Part shown: one piece after another, positions 1 through 9,821 of the stretch
Numbering within the stretch: position 1 is the stretch's first letter
How the letters are laid out: each line of letters opens with the position of its first letter
Source: Nitrospiraceae bacterium
Lineage (GTDB): Bacteria; Nitrospirota; Nitrospiria; Nitrospirales; UBA8639
NCBI GenBank assembly: GCA_020632635.1
Contig: JACKFE010000002.1
Coordinates: forward strand, 495,625 to 559,624
Direction: 5' to 3'
DNA length: 64,000 bases
The notes under the pieces: generated by a model
Told to the model about the DNA's origin: nothing
Seen by the model: the letters and a program-made list of their open reading frames with translations, nothing else
The model's database searches: none
Position numbers and translations under genes: made by a program

Positions 1-1
1 G

Positions 2-808
2 CAGGGCTATCCGCAGGATCCCAATAGCCCTCTCGGCTATCCCACACAAGATCCCTATGCCCAACAATCGTATCCCACGGATCCCTATGCTCAGCCCGCA
101 TACCCGCAAGCTCCTTCTGGGCAAGCCTATCCGGAAACGGCTTACAATCAACAATATCCCACCGGCCAATCGGATTCCCAAACGGGAACGGAAATCGGAA
201 TCCAGACTCAGGGAACAGGAACCCCAATCGGATTGGACGTGGTGATGGTCAAGAAAACGATACGGAATGGCGCGTCGGTCGTCCTTCCGATCAAAGATGG
301 CGATGCACTCAAGGACGGACGAGGGAATGCGGCAGCCGGCGATAAGTTCCGTGTCATGTTCCGCCCGAATTCTGACGGGTATGTGTACGTGATTGCCATC
401 GATGGGTCAGGATGGGCGCAAGGTATTTTCCCGCCCCCGACTTCACCATTGGCCAATCCTGTGAAGGCGGGGCAACAGTACGTTCTACCGGAAGGCAATA
501 ATTGGTTCAGCCTCGATCAATATAAAGGCATTGAAACACTCTTCTTCGTCGCCTCACCGGAAAAACGTGATGACATCGAAGAAGTACTCCAAAGCATCAC
601 CGGGCGCGAGAGGCCTGCCTCGGAAAACCCGCAACAAGTCACCAAAGTGGCGATGGTTCCATATGGGGTGGGAGGGGCCAGGCCGGGGAAAACCCCATTC
701 AATGTGAAATCAGGGACCGATCAGGATCAGACCATTATTCCAACGAGTTATCTGGCACAACAAGCTGGACAGGATCTTCGGTTGACCCGATGGTTCCGCC
801 ATGAATAA
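2..808 (+). CDS. Secreted/lipoprotein paralog with a P/Y/Q-rich region and a C-terminal DUF4384-like domain; 5' end cut by the window edge
   Basis: Frame 2 is open from nt 2 (QGYPQDPNSPLGYPTQDPYAQQSYP...) and runs into listed ORF 233..808. The C-terminal ~190 aa are collinear with and highly similar to the C-terminus of the next gene. It has the motif GDKFRVMFRPxxDGYVYVIAxDGSxWAQGIFP. Confidence 0.75.
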   Translation, partial: QGYPQDPNSPLGYPTQDPYAQQSYPTDPYAQPAYPQAPSGQAYPETAYNQQYPTGQSDSQTGTEIGIQTQGTGTPIGLDVVMVKKTIRNGASVVLPIKDGDALKDGRGNAAAGDKFRVMFRPNSDGYVYVIAIDGSGWAQGIFPPPTSPLANPVKAGQQYVLPEGNNWFSLDQYKGIETLFFVASPEKRDDIEEVLQSITGRERPASENPQQVTKVAMVPYGVGGARPGKTPFNVKSGTDQDQTIIPTSYLAQQAGQDLRLTRWFRHE

Positions 809-861
809 GGTCAATTGTTGGTGATCCCCTCGAAAACACGAAAAAACGGAACGGCACGGTT

Positions 862-2265
862 ATGACACGATCCCCCATTGCCTCTCGTCTGACGCCCCTG
901 TTACTCGCAAGCCTTCTGAGCGGATGTGCGGCTTTGCCCTTTATCATTCCACCGCTGGTGGAGTTCGGTGCGAACCTTCTGTCAACGGCGGCGACCAATT
1001 ATGGAGAATCCCACCAGCAAAACATGCAAAACCTGCTGACGTCGCTTCGTCAGACGACTAACCCCTCTTATACCCCGGGGATTGTGACCGATCCATACGG
1101 ACAGGGTGGATATGGACAAACCGGATATCCCAACCAGGATTATCCTGATCAACAAGGATATGGCGGCTATCAAACCTATCCTTCCTCACCGGCTTATGGT
1201 CAACAACCCTATGATCCCTATCAAGGTCAACAACCGGGCTACGGGGGAGGCACACCCTATCCAACGGACCCGTACGCCAGCCAAGGTCAACCGGTTGATC
1301 CCTCTTTCGGTTCTCCGATCTATCCTGGCCAACAGGCCTCTGCACCGGGATATCCTGTAAATCCGCAACCCTCGTACCCTCAACAAGGTGAGGCAGGCAG
1401 TGGCTATCCGGGATACCAAAATTCTTATCCGAACCAGCCACAGTATCCGAATCAACCGGCGTATCCCAATAACCAAAATCCCTATCCACAACAGCCCTAT
1501 ATTGAACAGGGCCAACCCTACCCAGGGACTTCATACCCGACCAACCCGCCGACGCAACCCTCTTACAACCCGTATGACCATGCAGGACTGTCTTCGCCAT
1601 CTGGATATCCAAATCAACCCACTGAGTCCCTGGAAAATCCGATACCGAGCGAGACTCAACCGGTTCAGCCTGCTGCGGAGCCCATCAGTTTGGACGTGCT
1701 GCTCGTCAAAAAACACCTGGTCAATGGCGTTCAGTCGTATCTTCCGATCAAAGACGGAGACGTACTTATGGACGGGCGCGGAAACCCGCAAGCCGGCGAT
1801 AAGTTCCGTGTCATGTTCCGCCCCCACCAAGATGGCTACGTGTACGTGATCGCCGTGGATGGGTCGGCCTGGGCACAGGGGATCTTTCCTTCCGCCTCCA
1901 CGCCATTCGCGAACCCTGTCAAAGCCGGGCAGCAATACATCTTGCCCGAAGGCAACAACTGGTTCAGTCTCGATCAATTCAAGGGCATTGAAACCATCTT
2001 TTTTGTCACTTCTCCGGCACCCCGGAAAGATATCGAAGACATTCTCACGACCATCACCGGACGCGAACGGAGTCCGCTTGAAAAACCTCAGGCCGTCAGC
2101 GAACCCGCCATCGTGCCACATGGCTATTCCGGAACGAGACCCGGAAATTCACCATTTGCCGTACAAACTTCGACTCAGCAAAAACACGAACTGCTCCCAA
2201 CCACCTATTTCGTCCAAACCGCCGGCGAAGACCTCCGCATCACCCGTTGGTTCAGACATCAGTAA
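862..2265 (+). CDS. Lipoprotein with a long P/Y/Q/G-rich low-complexity region and a C-terminal DUF4384-like domain
   Basis: 467-aa ORF with a lipobox-like N-terminus (LLLASLLSGCAA). About 200 aa of GYPxQ/PYxQ repeats. The C-terminal domain is paralogous to gene 2..808. Confidence 0.8.
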   Translation: MTRSPIASRLTPLLLASLLSGCAALPFIIPPLVEFGANLLSTAATNYGESHQQNMQNLLTSLRQTTNPSYTPGIVTDPYGQGGYGQTGYPNQDYPDQQGYGGYQTYPSSPAYGQQPYDPYQGQQPGYGGGTPYPTDPYASQGQPVDPSFGSPIYPGQQASAPGYPVNPQPSYPQQGEAGSGYPGYQNSYPNQPQYPNQPAYPNNQNPYPQQPYIEQGQPYPGTSYPTNPPTQPSYNPYDHAGLSSPSGYPNQPTESLENPIPSETQPVQPAAEPISLDVLLVKKHLVNGVQSYLPIKDGDVLMDGRGNPQAGDKFRVMFRPHQDGYVYVIAVDGSAWAQGIFPSASTPFANPVKAGQQYILPEGNNWFSLDQFKGIETIFFVTSPAPRKDIEDILTTITGRERSPLEKPQAVSEPAIVPHGYSGTRPGNSPFAVQTSTQQKHELLPTTYFVQTAGEDLRITRWFRHQ

Positions 2266-2534
2266 AAGATTTCACATCTTCATACTAACTCCCTGCAATA
2301 GGAATGTGAGTAAGTACGGTGATCATTTCGGAATCGAATAACGACTTCGATAAAAAAGGCAACGAACCGCAGGCTGCACCGACACGCCTGACGACCAACG
2401 TGTTTTGTTCTTCACCTTATAAAAAGGCAGGATGAACTCATGTGTAGACGGTCTCTCTCTCCCCTTGTTCGAAATACCTCCAAAAAGAGGCGATCCGCCA
2501 GACTCTCCTCGCGATCATCACGATCCTCACGATT

Positions 2535-4727
2535 TTGTGGATGCCTGGACTTCAGGCGTCGGCCTCGGCACAAACACCATTTGAACAAGCGTGTTTCAAT
2601 GCCATTCAAGGCAAAATTCCTTGGTCACGAGAGGGATCAACCACGTGGCATCCGCCTAACCTGGAGACGTTGTGCCGTGGGGTCAGTCATTACCAAGCCC
2701 GCATCCTCTGCTTCCAAAATGGCATCGCCGGACACAACGATTGGAGACGAGCGACCCAGGAATGTCAGAACGTCGGCATCGCGACCGCCTCGGAACAAGC
2801 CTGCTTCAACGCCGTCCAGAATAAAATCCCCTGGTCACGAAATGGATCAACGGCATGGAGTCCGTTGAACGTCGAGGCATTATGCCGCGGAGTCGACAAC
2901 CACTCGGCCCGCATCACCTGCTTTCAGAACGGTATCGCCGCACACAACGACTGGAACCGGGCGACAAAAGAATGTCAAAGCGTCGGAATCGCCGCCGCAA
3001 TTCAACCAAAGGCGCCTGCGGTGCAGGCGCAGCCCCTACCAGGCATTCCCAGGCTCACACAACCACCGTCAGTGGGTGACACCATCAGCGCCAAGGACGA
3101 TTTGGGCAACAGCCTAGGATGCCTGAGCATCAAGGGGCAGCCCTTGATGTCCGACGGGACGATCAATATCGTGACCCATTCGTCCTGTGACCTCAGGTGG
3201 GTGAATAACAACAACCGTGTCCAGACTTCCATCAACCGGGAGGCCTATTGCCTGGATATCAGTCCCCAGAAGGCCGGCCCCGGATGGGGTGGGCAGAACA
3301 TCATCGCCGCCCCGTGCCATGATACCCCAAGCCAGAAATGGCAGTATGAAAATCTCAAAGACTTGGTTTCGACCTACAACGGCGCCAAGATCTTTCTGTT
3401 TGTGGACGTCAGGTACGGCCGCAACGACGTGGCTGGATGGTCAAGCGGGCGCTTTCGTTGGTCTGCCAGCATACTCAGCAAACCCTACTATGTTCCTATG
3501 CTCAATGGCGTGATTGGACAGCCTCAAGACGATGGATCGATCCTTTATCCAAACAAGGATGGAAGTTATGTCAAACGGTTACCGAATGGGGTACTCCAAA
3601 ACTTTTCAGCTCCTCCGGGTTTTCGTCCCTTCAGCTTGATCACTCAACATGAAAAGTCCCCACAAATCAAACATGTCATGCAACTGGTAACGACCATCAA
3701 GTCTGGGGACTCGACGGTGGTAGACACGAACATCAAAGGGTTCGTAGAGGCTTTTAATTCCCGTGGCGAAATCGGTGATTACGACCATCCCAGCGGAATC
3801 ACGATGACACCACGAGGGCGATTAGTGTTTGCCATGGCCAGGGGTGGCCAAAGCCACTCCAATTATGGAGTATTGATTTACAGCTCTCCGAATATTTTGA
3901 ATGACTCCTCACCCACGTGGGAGATGAAGGAAGTACTGGGTTGGCATCCAAACAGCATACAAGCCGTTGGAGAAATCGTCGTGGTCTCTCACCGGGTACA
4001 TGACGGTTCAACGACTATCGACTTCTTTCTGCTTCCAACCCCAGGAGTCAGCGAAGGCTTCCAACACCTTCACTATCTATCGAAGGACAGCACAAATAAT
4101 CCCTTGCCTGGTGGAGAAGCGGTCGGCCTCACCTACAATGAAAAGGAAGAACGGTTTTATCTGGCAATCGGTGACGGATCCGTGACCGGCAATCCGATGG
4201 GAAATCTATCCGTCTACCGTACCGAAGTGGGAGAAAGTCTCTTAAATAGCCGCACCCGTTTTACCCCTTGGGGTCAATGGGCCACATATGAATTCTCGAA
4301 TTCGGGGCAGGGCAACCACCTCGTTACCGATACCGAAGGAAAGATGTATTCACTCGCCACGCTCAGCAGTCATGACCAGCCATCCAATGGAGAAATCGCG
4401 AAATGGTGCGGAACAGGGCATTTTTCGGCGCAATTCAAGGATCATCTGGTAGCTGTGCCCTATAGACTTCCCCATGGGAGTACCTACCATTCCACGGTAG
4501 GGATTACGCAGAATCAATGCATTACCCACAGACCCTCATGGCGATTTGGGGGTGGTGTCGCCCCTCTGCCGGATGGTTCTATGGTCGCCCTTTGGGCGGG
4601 ACGATGGAATGTCTTGTTCGAAAATCTAGCCGGCTTAATTGCAGGGGCGGACAGCGGTACATTTGGCAACAGTTTTGTTTTCTCGGACGATGATTTCGAA
4701 TATGCCTACCAAATCCTGCGTCCTTGA
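2535..4727 (+). CDS. Large secreted protein with two tandem 70-aa Cys repeats, a ricin/QxW-like segment and a large C-terminal domain; start codon uncertain
   Basis: 730-aa ORF. The hydrophobic signal-like segment (TLLAIITILTILWMPGLQASASA) begins upstream of the first canonical start (TTG at 2535) in the same frame. It carries the QKWQYE motif, and its C-terminal region shares motifs with the middle of gene 57693..59861. Confidence 0.7.
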   Translation: MWMPGLQASASAQTPFEQACFNAIQGKIPWSREGSTTWHPPNLETLCRGVSHYQARILCFQNGIAGHNDWRRATQECQNVGIATASEQACFNAVQNKIPWSRNGSTAWSPLNVEALCRGVDNHSARITCFQNGIAAHNDWNRATKECQSVGIAAAIQPKAPAVQAQPLPGIPRLTQPPSVGDTISAKDDLGNSLGCLSIKGQPLMSDGTINIVTHSSCDLRWVNNNNRVQTSINREAYCLDISPQKAGPGWGGQNIIAAPCHDTPSQKWQYENLKDLVSTYNGAKIFLFVDVRYGRNDVAGWSSGRFRWSASILSKPYYVPMLNGVIGQPQDDGSILYPNKDGSYVKRLPNGVLQNFSAPPGFRPFSLITQHEKSPQIKHVMQLVTTIKSGDSTVVDTNIKGFVEAFNSRGEIGDYDHPSGITMTPRGRLVFAMARGGQSHSNYGVLIYSSPNILNDSSPTWEMKEVLGWHPNSIQAVGEIVVVSHRVHDGSTTIDFFLLPTPGVSEGFQHLHYLSKDSTNNPLPGGEAVGLTYNEKEERFYLAIGDGSVTGNPMGNLSVYRTEVGESLLNSRTRFTPWGQWATYEFSNSGQGNHLVTDTEGKMYSLATLSSHDQPSNGEIAKWCGTGHFSAQFKDHLVAVPYRLPHGSTYHSTVGITQNQCITHRPSWRFGGGVAPLPDGSMVALWAGRWNVLFENLAGLIAGADSGTFGNSFVFSDDDFEYAYQILRP
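2583..3002 (+). repeat. Tandem in-frame duplication, 2 x 210 nt (70 aa each)
   Basis: EQACFNAIQGKIPWSREGSTTWHPPNLETLCRGVSHYQARILCFQNGIAGHNDWRRATQECQNVGIATAS is followed by the near-identical EQACFNAVQNKIPWSRNGSTAWSPLNVEALCRGVDNHSARITCFQNGIAAHNDWNRATKECQSVGIAAA. The unit boundary is at 2792/2793. Confidence 0.9.
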
Positions 4728-4929
4728 TGCAAAACTCGAATGTCAGCCCCTGCTTCTGCAGCACCCATTGGGTAAGGCAAGAGCACGATTGGGGCTCTTT
4801 CAATTGGGAGGACAAGTATTGCCACCAACTCATTGTTTAACAGAATTTATCTAAAATACAACAAGCACCTGTCGTCAAGATGAGTGAACGAACGGAACCC
4901 TTTAAACCTATTTCAGTCAGAAGGAACGA

Positions 4930-5434
4930 GGTAAGTGGAGGAAATTAATTGCAATAGCTGGGAGGAGTTTGAAGAGAAGGGTTCAGCTCTCTCATACCTG
5001 CGGTCACATCTCTAACCGAAAAACCTTGGGTACTTGAAGAATATTCCTCTGATGATGCGGCCAGACCTCAGCCTCCTCCCGGCTACGAATTCATGGTATA
5101 TCTTCGGCACCATGGCTTTCCTTCACCGCTCTTAGATTGGACTCAATCCCCTTATGTTGCCGCCTTTTTTGCATTTCGGTCTAAACCAACCCCCACAGAT
5201 GAGGATAGGAATGTCGCGATCTATTCCTATGTAGAATACCCTGAAGGCGAGAAAAGGGTTTCTGGGCATACGGCTTCATTAGTTGGACTTGGGCCCTATA
5301 TTTTGACTCATAAAAGACATTACACCCAACAATGCGAATACACCATTTGCAAAAAAGATGTAGACCAAAATTATGTCTATTGCCCCCACGAGGAAGCCTT
5401 TTCTAGAAATACCGAAAGCCAAGACCACCTGTAG
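4930..5434 (+). pseudogene. Degraded FRG-domain gene fragment
   Basis: ORF 5093..5434 contains the FRG-type core RHHGFPSPLLDWTQSPYVAAFFAF. The expected upstream part (NSWEEFEEK...) lies in another frame, and there is no intact full-length ORF. Confidence 0.5.
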
Positions 5435-5701
5435 GCCAAAGCCTTCGATTGGTCGGGGCATTCCTTCAATCTGTTGGACATATTCTTTCTGCATCACCCT
5501 AATGCGTCTCTTCAAAATCCGCATATTTCTTGCCTATCCTGGCTATTCTGTCTACACAGCATAAACTTTGCAAAGTATCTCGTTAGGTTCTGACATATCA
5601 TCGCCTGGAGTGACGAGGCACGGCCTGTCGCCTCCCTCGCGATACGTGAAACGAACAGAATATTCATTGCGGCTTCATTAGAATCATGAGGAATCTCGGT
5701 C

Positions 5702-7243
5702 ATGATGGTACGGATTCAGATAGTGGTTGTCATGTTGGTGCTTTGGCCTCTGCACGCCGGGGCAGGCTTCACCTTCGATCATGTCGTGCAGAAAGCCAAA
5801 CTCCTGGCGGAACAACCGTATGAAGCCCCTGTCCCGGTTTCGAAGTTTATGCGTGAATTGCCCTATGACGCCTATCAGGGCATTCGATTTAATCCGGACC
5901 GGAGTCTCTGGAAAGAGAGCCGATCGAATTTCCAGGTGATGTTCGTTCCACCAGGCCTGTATTACACCCATCCCGTGACCTTGAATGTCATTGATGCCGA
6001 AGGACCGCATACGCTCTCCTTCAAAAAAGCCGACTTTGTCTTTGCCGATCCCGAAGTCGAAAAACGCGTGCCGGCCGATCTGGGATATGCCGGATTCAAA
6101 CTCACCTTTCCGTTAAATAAGAAAAACGAACAGAACCAGTTCTTGGTTTTCGCTGGCGGCAGTTATTTTCGAGGAGTCGGAAAAGACAACGTCTTTGGTC
6201 TTTCGGGACGGGGACTCGCGATCGATACCGGTCTCCCAAGCGGGGAAGAATTCCCCGCCTTCATTGAATTCTGGTTGGTGCGCCCCGCTCCGGAGGCCAC
6301 GGACATGGAGGTCTATGGTTTGCTGGACAGCCCAAGCTTGAGCGGGGCTTACCGGTTCCATATTTTTCCGGGCAATCCGACCACCATCAAAGTCCAGACC
6401 TTTCTTTTCCCCAAAAAAACCATCCAATTAGCGGGGATGGCCCCTCTGTCGAGCATGTTTTTTTACGGAGAAAACACACCCCGACCGGCTGGAGAGTGGC
6501 GCCGGGAAGTGCATGACTCTGATGGATTGCAAATTCATGATGGGATGAGCGGCGAATGGCTCTGGCGCCCCTTGCTGAATCCGAATACGCTGGAAATGGA
6601 CTTTTTTAGCACCCACAACGTTCAAGGGTTCGGCTTGCTGCAACGAGATGGGCAATTTTCTAATTATGAAGATCTAGGCACACATTATGAAAAGCGGCCA
6701 AGCGCCTGGGTGGAACCGCAAGGTGACTGGAAACAAGGAAAAATCACACTCGTTCAACTTCCCACGGCCGACGAAACCCATGACAACATTGTCGCGTTTT
6801 GGTCACCCAACGGTCCCCTATCGCCAGGCACACCACTCGAACTGGCCTACCATGTAGGCTTTGGAAAAGGCGACATCGCTCAGAACCCCTTGGCCGTGGC
6901 CATCAACACCTTTATCGGTGACGGCAATCGGATTGGTGGTGGGCACGTCCCACAAGCTTATCGCATGATCATCGATTTTGCCGGTGGTCCACTGAGTAAG
7001 TTGCCCGAGCACGCTCCTATCAATGGCCAGGTGACTGCGTTGGAGGGAGGAGAAATTTTAGAGCATTTTGTGGAGTATCATGAACCGGTCAAAGGGTGGC
7101 GATTATCCATCCTTGCCAAACCCGCTCATAAAAAACCGCTGCATGTTCGCGCATTCTTGAATACCGATTCGACAACGTTGAGTGAAACCTGGACCTACCG
7201 GTTACCGCCCAACAATCACATTCTCGCCGAGGAAAAAGAATAA
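5702..7243 (+). CDS. opgG: Periplasmic glucan biosynthesis protein G (OpgG/MdoG family)
   Basis: 513 aa with a signal peptide. It is collinear with E. coli MdoG as I recall it (GLSARGLAIDTxLPSGEEFPxF, HDSDGL, GFGLLQRD, DETxDNIVAFW, LSETWTYxLP). Confidence 0.92.
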   Translation: MMVRIQIVVVMLVLWPLHAGAGFTFDHVVQKAKLLAEQPYEAPVPVSKFMRELPYDAYQGIRFNPDRSLWKESRSNFQVMFVPPGLYYTHPVTLNVIDAEGPHTLSFKKADFVFADPEVEKRVPADLGYAGFKLTFPLNKKNEQNQFLVFAGGSYFRGVGKDNVFGLSGRGLAIDTGLPSGEEFPAFIEFWLVRPAPEATDMEVYGLLDSPSLSGAYRFHIFPGNPTTIKVQTFLFPKKTIQLAGMAPLSSMFFYGENTPRPAGEWRREVHDSDGLQIHDGMSGEWLWRPLLNPNTLEMDFFSTHNVQGFGLLQRDGQFSNYEDLGTHYEKRPSAWVEPQGDWKQGKITLVQLPTADETHDNIVAFWSPNGPLSPGTPLELAYHVGFGKGDIAQNPLAVAINTFIGDGNRIGGGHVPQAYRMIIDFAGGPLSKLPEHAPINGQVTALEGGEILEHFVEYHEPVKGWRLSILAKPAHKKPLHVRAFLNTDSTTLSETWTYRLPPNNHILAEEKE

Positions 7244-7491
7244 TGGCCTCCACACTTGCCGAACACACGCTTTCTAAAATATGCGATTATCTTTCGGCTA
7301 TGGGGATATCCCTCACTCGGGACGTCACCCTGCACGCGCTCGCGCTGGTCGAAGAAGGCCTGGCATCCCAGACAACGGACCCCGCCTCATTTGTCATGAA
7401 GCGAGTGAGGGAACACTTTGGAATTCACGACCTCACGCTTCCTCCTGCGGCCCCCCCCATCAAGCGGGGGAGTATGAGATTTGAACAATGA
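7243..7491 (+). CDS. Small hypothetical protein (82 aa) wedged between opgG and opgH
   Basis: Its ATG overlaps the opgG stop (TAATG), and its stop overlaps the opgH start (ATGA). No family recognised. Confidence 0.45.
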   Translation: MASTLAEHTLSKICDYLSAMGISLTRDVTLHALALVEEGLASQTTDPASFVMKRVREHFGIHDLTLPPAAPPIKRGSMRFEQ

Positions 7492-9629
7492 AAACCCCTG
7501 ACGCCCTATTCGAAACACTTCATCGTCCGGTCACCGCCGACGTGCCCACGAGCTGGAAACTCACGGCCTATTTCCGCCGGACCTTGCTCACCCTGCTGGT
7601 CTTCACGCAAACCGTGGTGGCGACCTCATACATGACCGCCGTCCTTCCCTACCACGGGGGAAATGTGGTGGAACTGGGCATCATCGCCCTATTTTTTCTT
7701 CTATTTGGGTGGATTTCGATCGGATTTTGGATTGGCATGTTCGGTTTTATCATCCGCATGTCCGGAGGCGACCCGCATGCTCCGCTCGCCCGCCATCCCT
7801 TGACGGAACTGGAAACCCAACCGATGGCCCGCACAGCCGTCGTGATGCCGATCTATCATGAACCTATTGCCCGGACCTTCGCCGGGATTCGCTCGGTGTA
7901 TCGATCATTGGAGCAAACCGGACGGATTGAGCATTTTGATTTCTTCATTCTGTCCGACAGTCGAAACCCCGATGTCTGGTTGGCCGAACAAGCTAGCTGG
8001 CATCGGCTCTGTCAGGAATTGGGAGCGGACAACCGCCTATTTTACCGGCGACGATCTCTGAACCAACATTATAAAAGCGGGAATATTGCCGACTTTCTCC
8101 GTCGTTGGGGCCGGAACTATGACTATATGGTCGTACTTGATGCCGATAGTCTCATGGGTGGCGAGACCCTGGTCAAGATGGTGCAACTCATGCAAGCCGA
8201 ACCACAAATGGGTATCCTGCAAACCAGTCCCACGTTGCTGAATGCCCGTTCGATGTTTGCTCGGGTTCAACAGTTCGCGAACCAAGTCTATGGCCCGTTA
8301 TTTACGACGGGCTTAGCCTCGCTTCAACTGGGTGAAGCAGTCTACTGGGGTCATAATGCGATCATGCGCACGCAGGCCTTCATGCGGCATGGGGGACTGA
8401 AACGACTCAACGGGCCAGGGCTCTTCCACGGCCCGATTCTTAGTCACGATTTTGTGGAAGCCGCCTTGATGGGGCGCGCAGGATATGAGGTGTGGCTCGA
8501 GCCTGATTTATTGAACAGCTATGAAGAATCCCCTCCGACCTTAGTCGATGATTTGCAGCGCGATAAACGGTGGGCCAAAGGGAATCTGCAACATCTTTGG
8601 GTCATGCTCTTTGAGCCACGATTACGTCTGGCTCACCGCATGGCTTTCTTGAACGGAATTATGTCCTATCTCGCCTCTCCGTTATGGTTGGCCTTTCTAA
8701 CCCTGACCACCATCGAGGCGGCTCGTCTCGTCCTGTATCCCATCGACTATTTTCCCGAACCCCATAGCTTATTTCCTCTGTGGCCTGAATGGAATCCGGA
8801 TTGGGCGATCGGACTGGCCGGCAGTACGTTCTTCCTGTTGTTTGTGCCAAAAGTTTTGGCCATCATCGATGTGGCGCGGAGTCGTCGACGGAAGCACCAT
8901 GGTGGCCTGATCCGGCTACTGGCCAGTGTCTTCTTGGAAATTTTTGTCTCATCTTTGTTGGCCCCCATTCGCATGCTGGCGCATACTCGCTTTGTTCTGG
9001 AATCCTTGCTCAACGTAACATTGCGGTGGGCTGGACAGAATCGGACGGATGAGACCAGCTGGTGGGCCGCCATTCTTCATCAAGCGCCTGGCACATTGAT
9101 TGCGGGGTCCTGGGCTGCCTTCGCCTTTTGGCTTGATGACATGTTTTTATATTGGTCCTTGCCGGTAGCCGTGCCGTTGATCCTTGCGGCACCCACTTCG
9201 GTGTTTCTCAGCCGGGTTGGCCCCGGCGACTGCCTGAAACGTTGGAAATTTTGTCTGGTGCCGGAGGAACAGCATGGTTCACCCTTATTGAGCGGGATGA
9301 ACGGAAAACCATCAACGGGACCAGAGGTCTCCAGTTCATCCTCTCCCTCGGTACAAGCCATCATCGACCCTGTCCTCAATCAGGTGCACCAAGCCTTGGC
9401 TCATGCCCATCGAGGTGGAAAAAAACAGGAAATGATCCTGGCACTTCGCAATCGATGTTTTCAAAATGGTCCATACGCCCTGACCCCAAAAGAGCTCAGT
9501 CATCTCGTCCGAGACCGAGCCAGCCTGCAATGGCTGCACGAACAGGCCTGGCAGGCCTTACCCGACTCCTACTGGGGCAAAGCCCTTCAACGTCATTTCC
9601 ACCACCGAACAGAATTGGCGATCAACTAA
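7488..9629 (+). CDS. opgH: Glucan biosynthesis glucosyltransferase H (OpgH/MdoH, GT2)
   Basis: 713 aa with multiple TM segments. GT2 motifs VLDADSLM and LQRDKRWAKGNLQH. Sits downstream of opgG. Confidence 0.92.
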   Translation: MKTPDALFETLHRPVTADVPTSWKLTAYFRRTLLTLLVFTQTVVATSYMTAVLPYHGGNVVELGIIALFFLLFGWISIGFWIGMFGFIIRMSGGDPHAPLARHPLTELETQPMARTAVVMPIYHEPIARTFAGIRSVYRSLEQTGRIEHFDFFILSDSRNPDVWLAEQASWHRLCQELGADNRLFYRRRSLNQHYKSGNIADFLRRWGRNYDYMVVLDADSLMGGETLVKMVQLMQAEPQMGILQTSPTLLNARSMFARVQQFANQVYGPLFTTGLASLQLGEAVYWGHNAIMRTQAFMRHGGLKRLNGPGLFHGPILSHDFVEAALMGRAGYEVWLEPDLLNSYEESPPTLVDDLQRDKRWAKGNLQHLWVMLFEPRLRLAHRMAFLNGIMSYLASPLWLAFLTLTTIEAARLVLYPIDYFPEPHSLFPLWPEWNPDWAIGLAGSTFFLLFVPKVLAIIDVARSRRRKHHGGLIRLLASVFLEIFVSSLLAPIRMLAHTRFVLESLLNVTLRWAGQNRTDETSWWAAILHQAPGTLIAGSWAAFAFWLDDMFLYWSLPVAVPLILAAPTSVFLSRVGPGDCLKRWKFCLVPEEQHGSPLLSGMNGKPSTGPEVSSSSSPSVQAIIDPVLNQVHQALAHAHRGGKKQEMILALRNRCFQNGPYALTPKELSHLVRDRASLQWLHEQAWQALPDSYWGKALQRHFHHRTELAIN

Positions 9630-9712
9630 CCGTTCGCGTTGTACTCATGCGCCACAATGCCACAGCTTGAGAACTCCACGGGTATGAATGAACATTCTCG
9701 TACAGTGGACTT

Positions 9713-9739
9713 ACGGAGCACCGGAATCCGGCACTCCGT
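9713..9739. terminator. Imperfect hairpin between convergent genes
   Basis: acggagcaccgg-aat-ccggcactccgt forms a stem of 6+4 bp with a 2-nt internal mismatch. There is no clear U-tract. Confidence 0.3.
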
Positions 9740-9821
9740 TCTATCGTCCAATACTCATCAAGCAGGATGGATGCTCGACGTTTTTCAATAACCCTTGCCG
9801 ACCGTTCCTGCCAAGCTGCCC

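Noticed and set aside
1058-2121. Long minus-strand ORFs (1058..1612, 1186..1515, 1531..2121) and plus-strand off-frame ORFs over the P/Y/Q-rich gene
   Set aside because: They are shadow ORFs produced by the low-complexity, stop-poor repeat DNA of gene 862..2265. They have no motifs, and the sense frame has clear lipobox and domain support.
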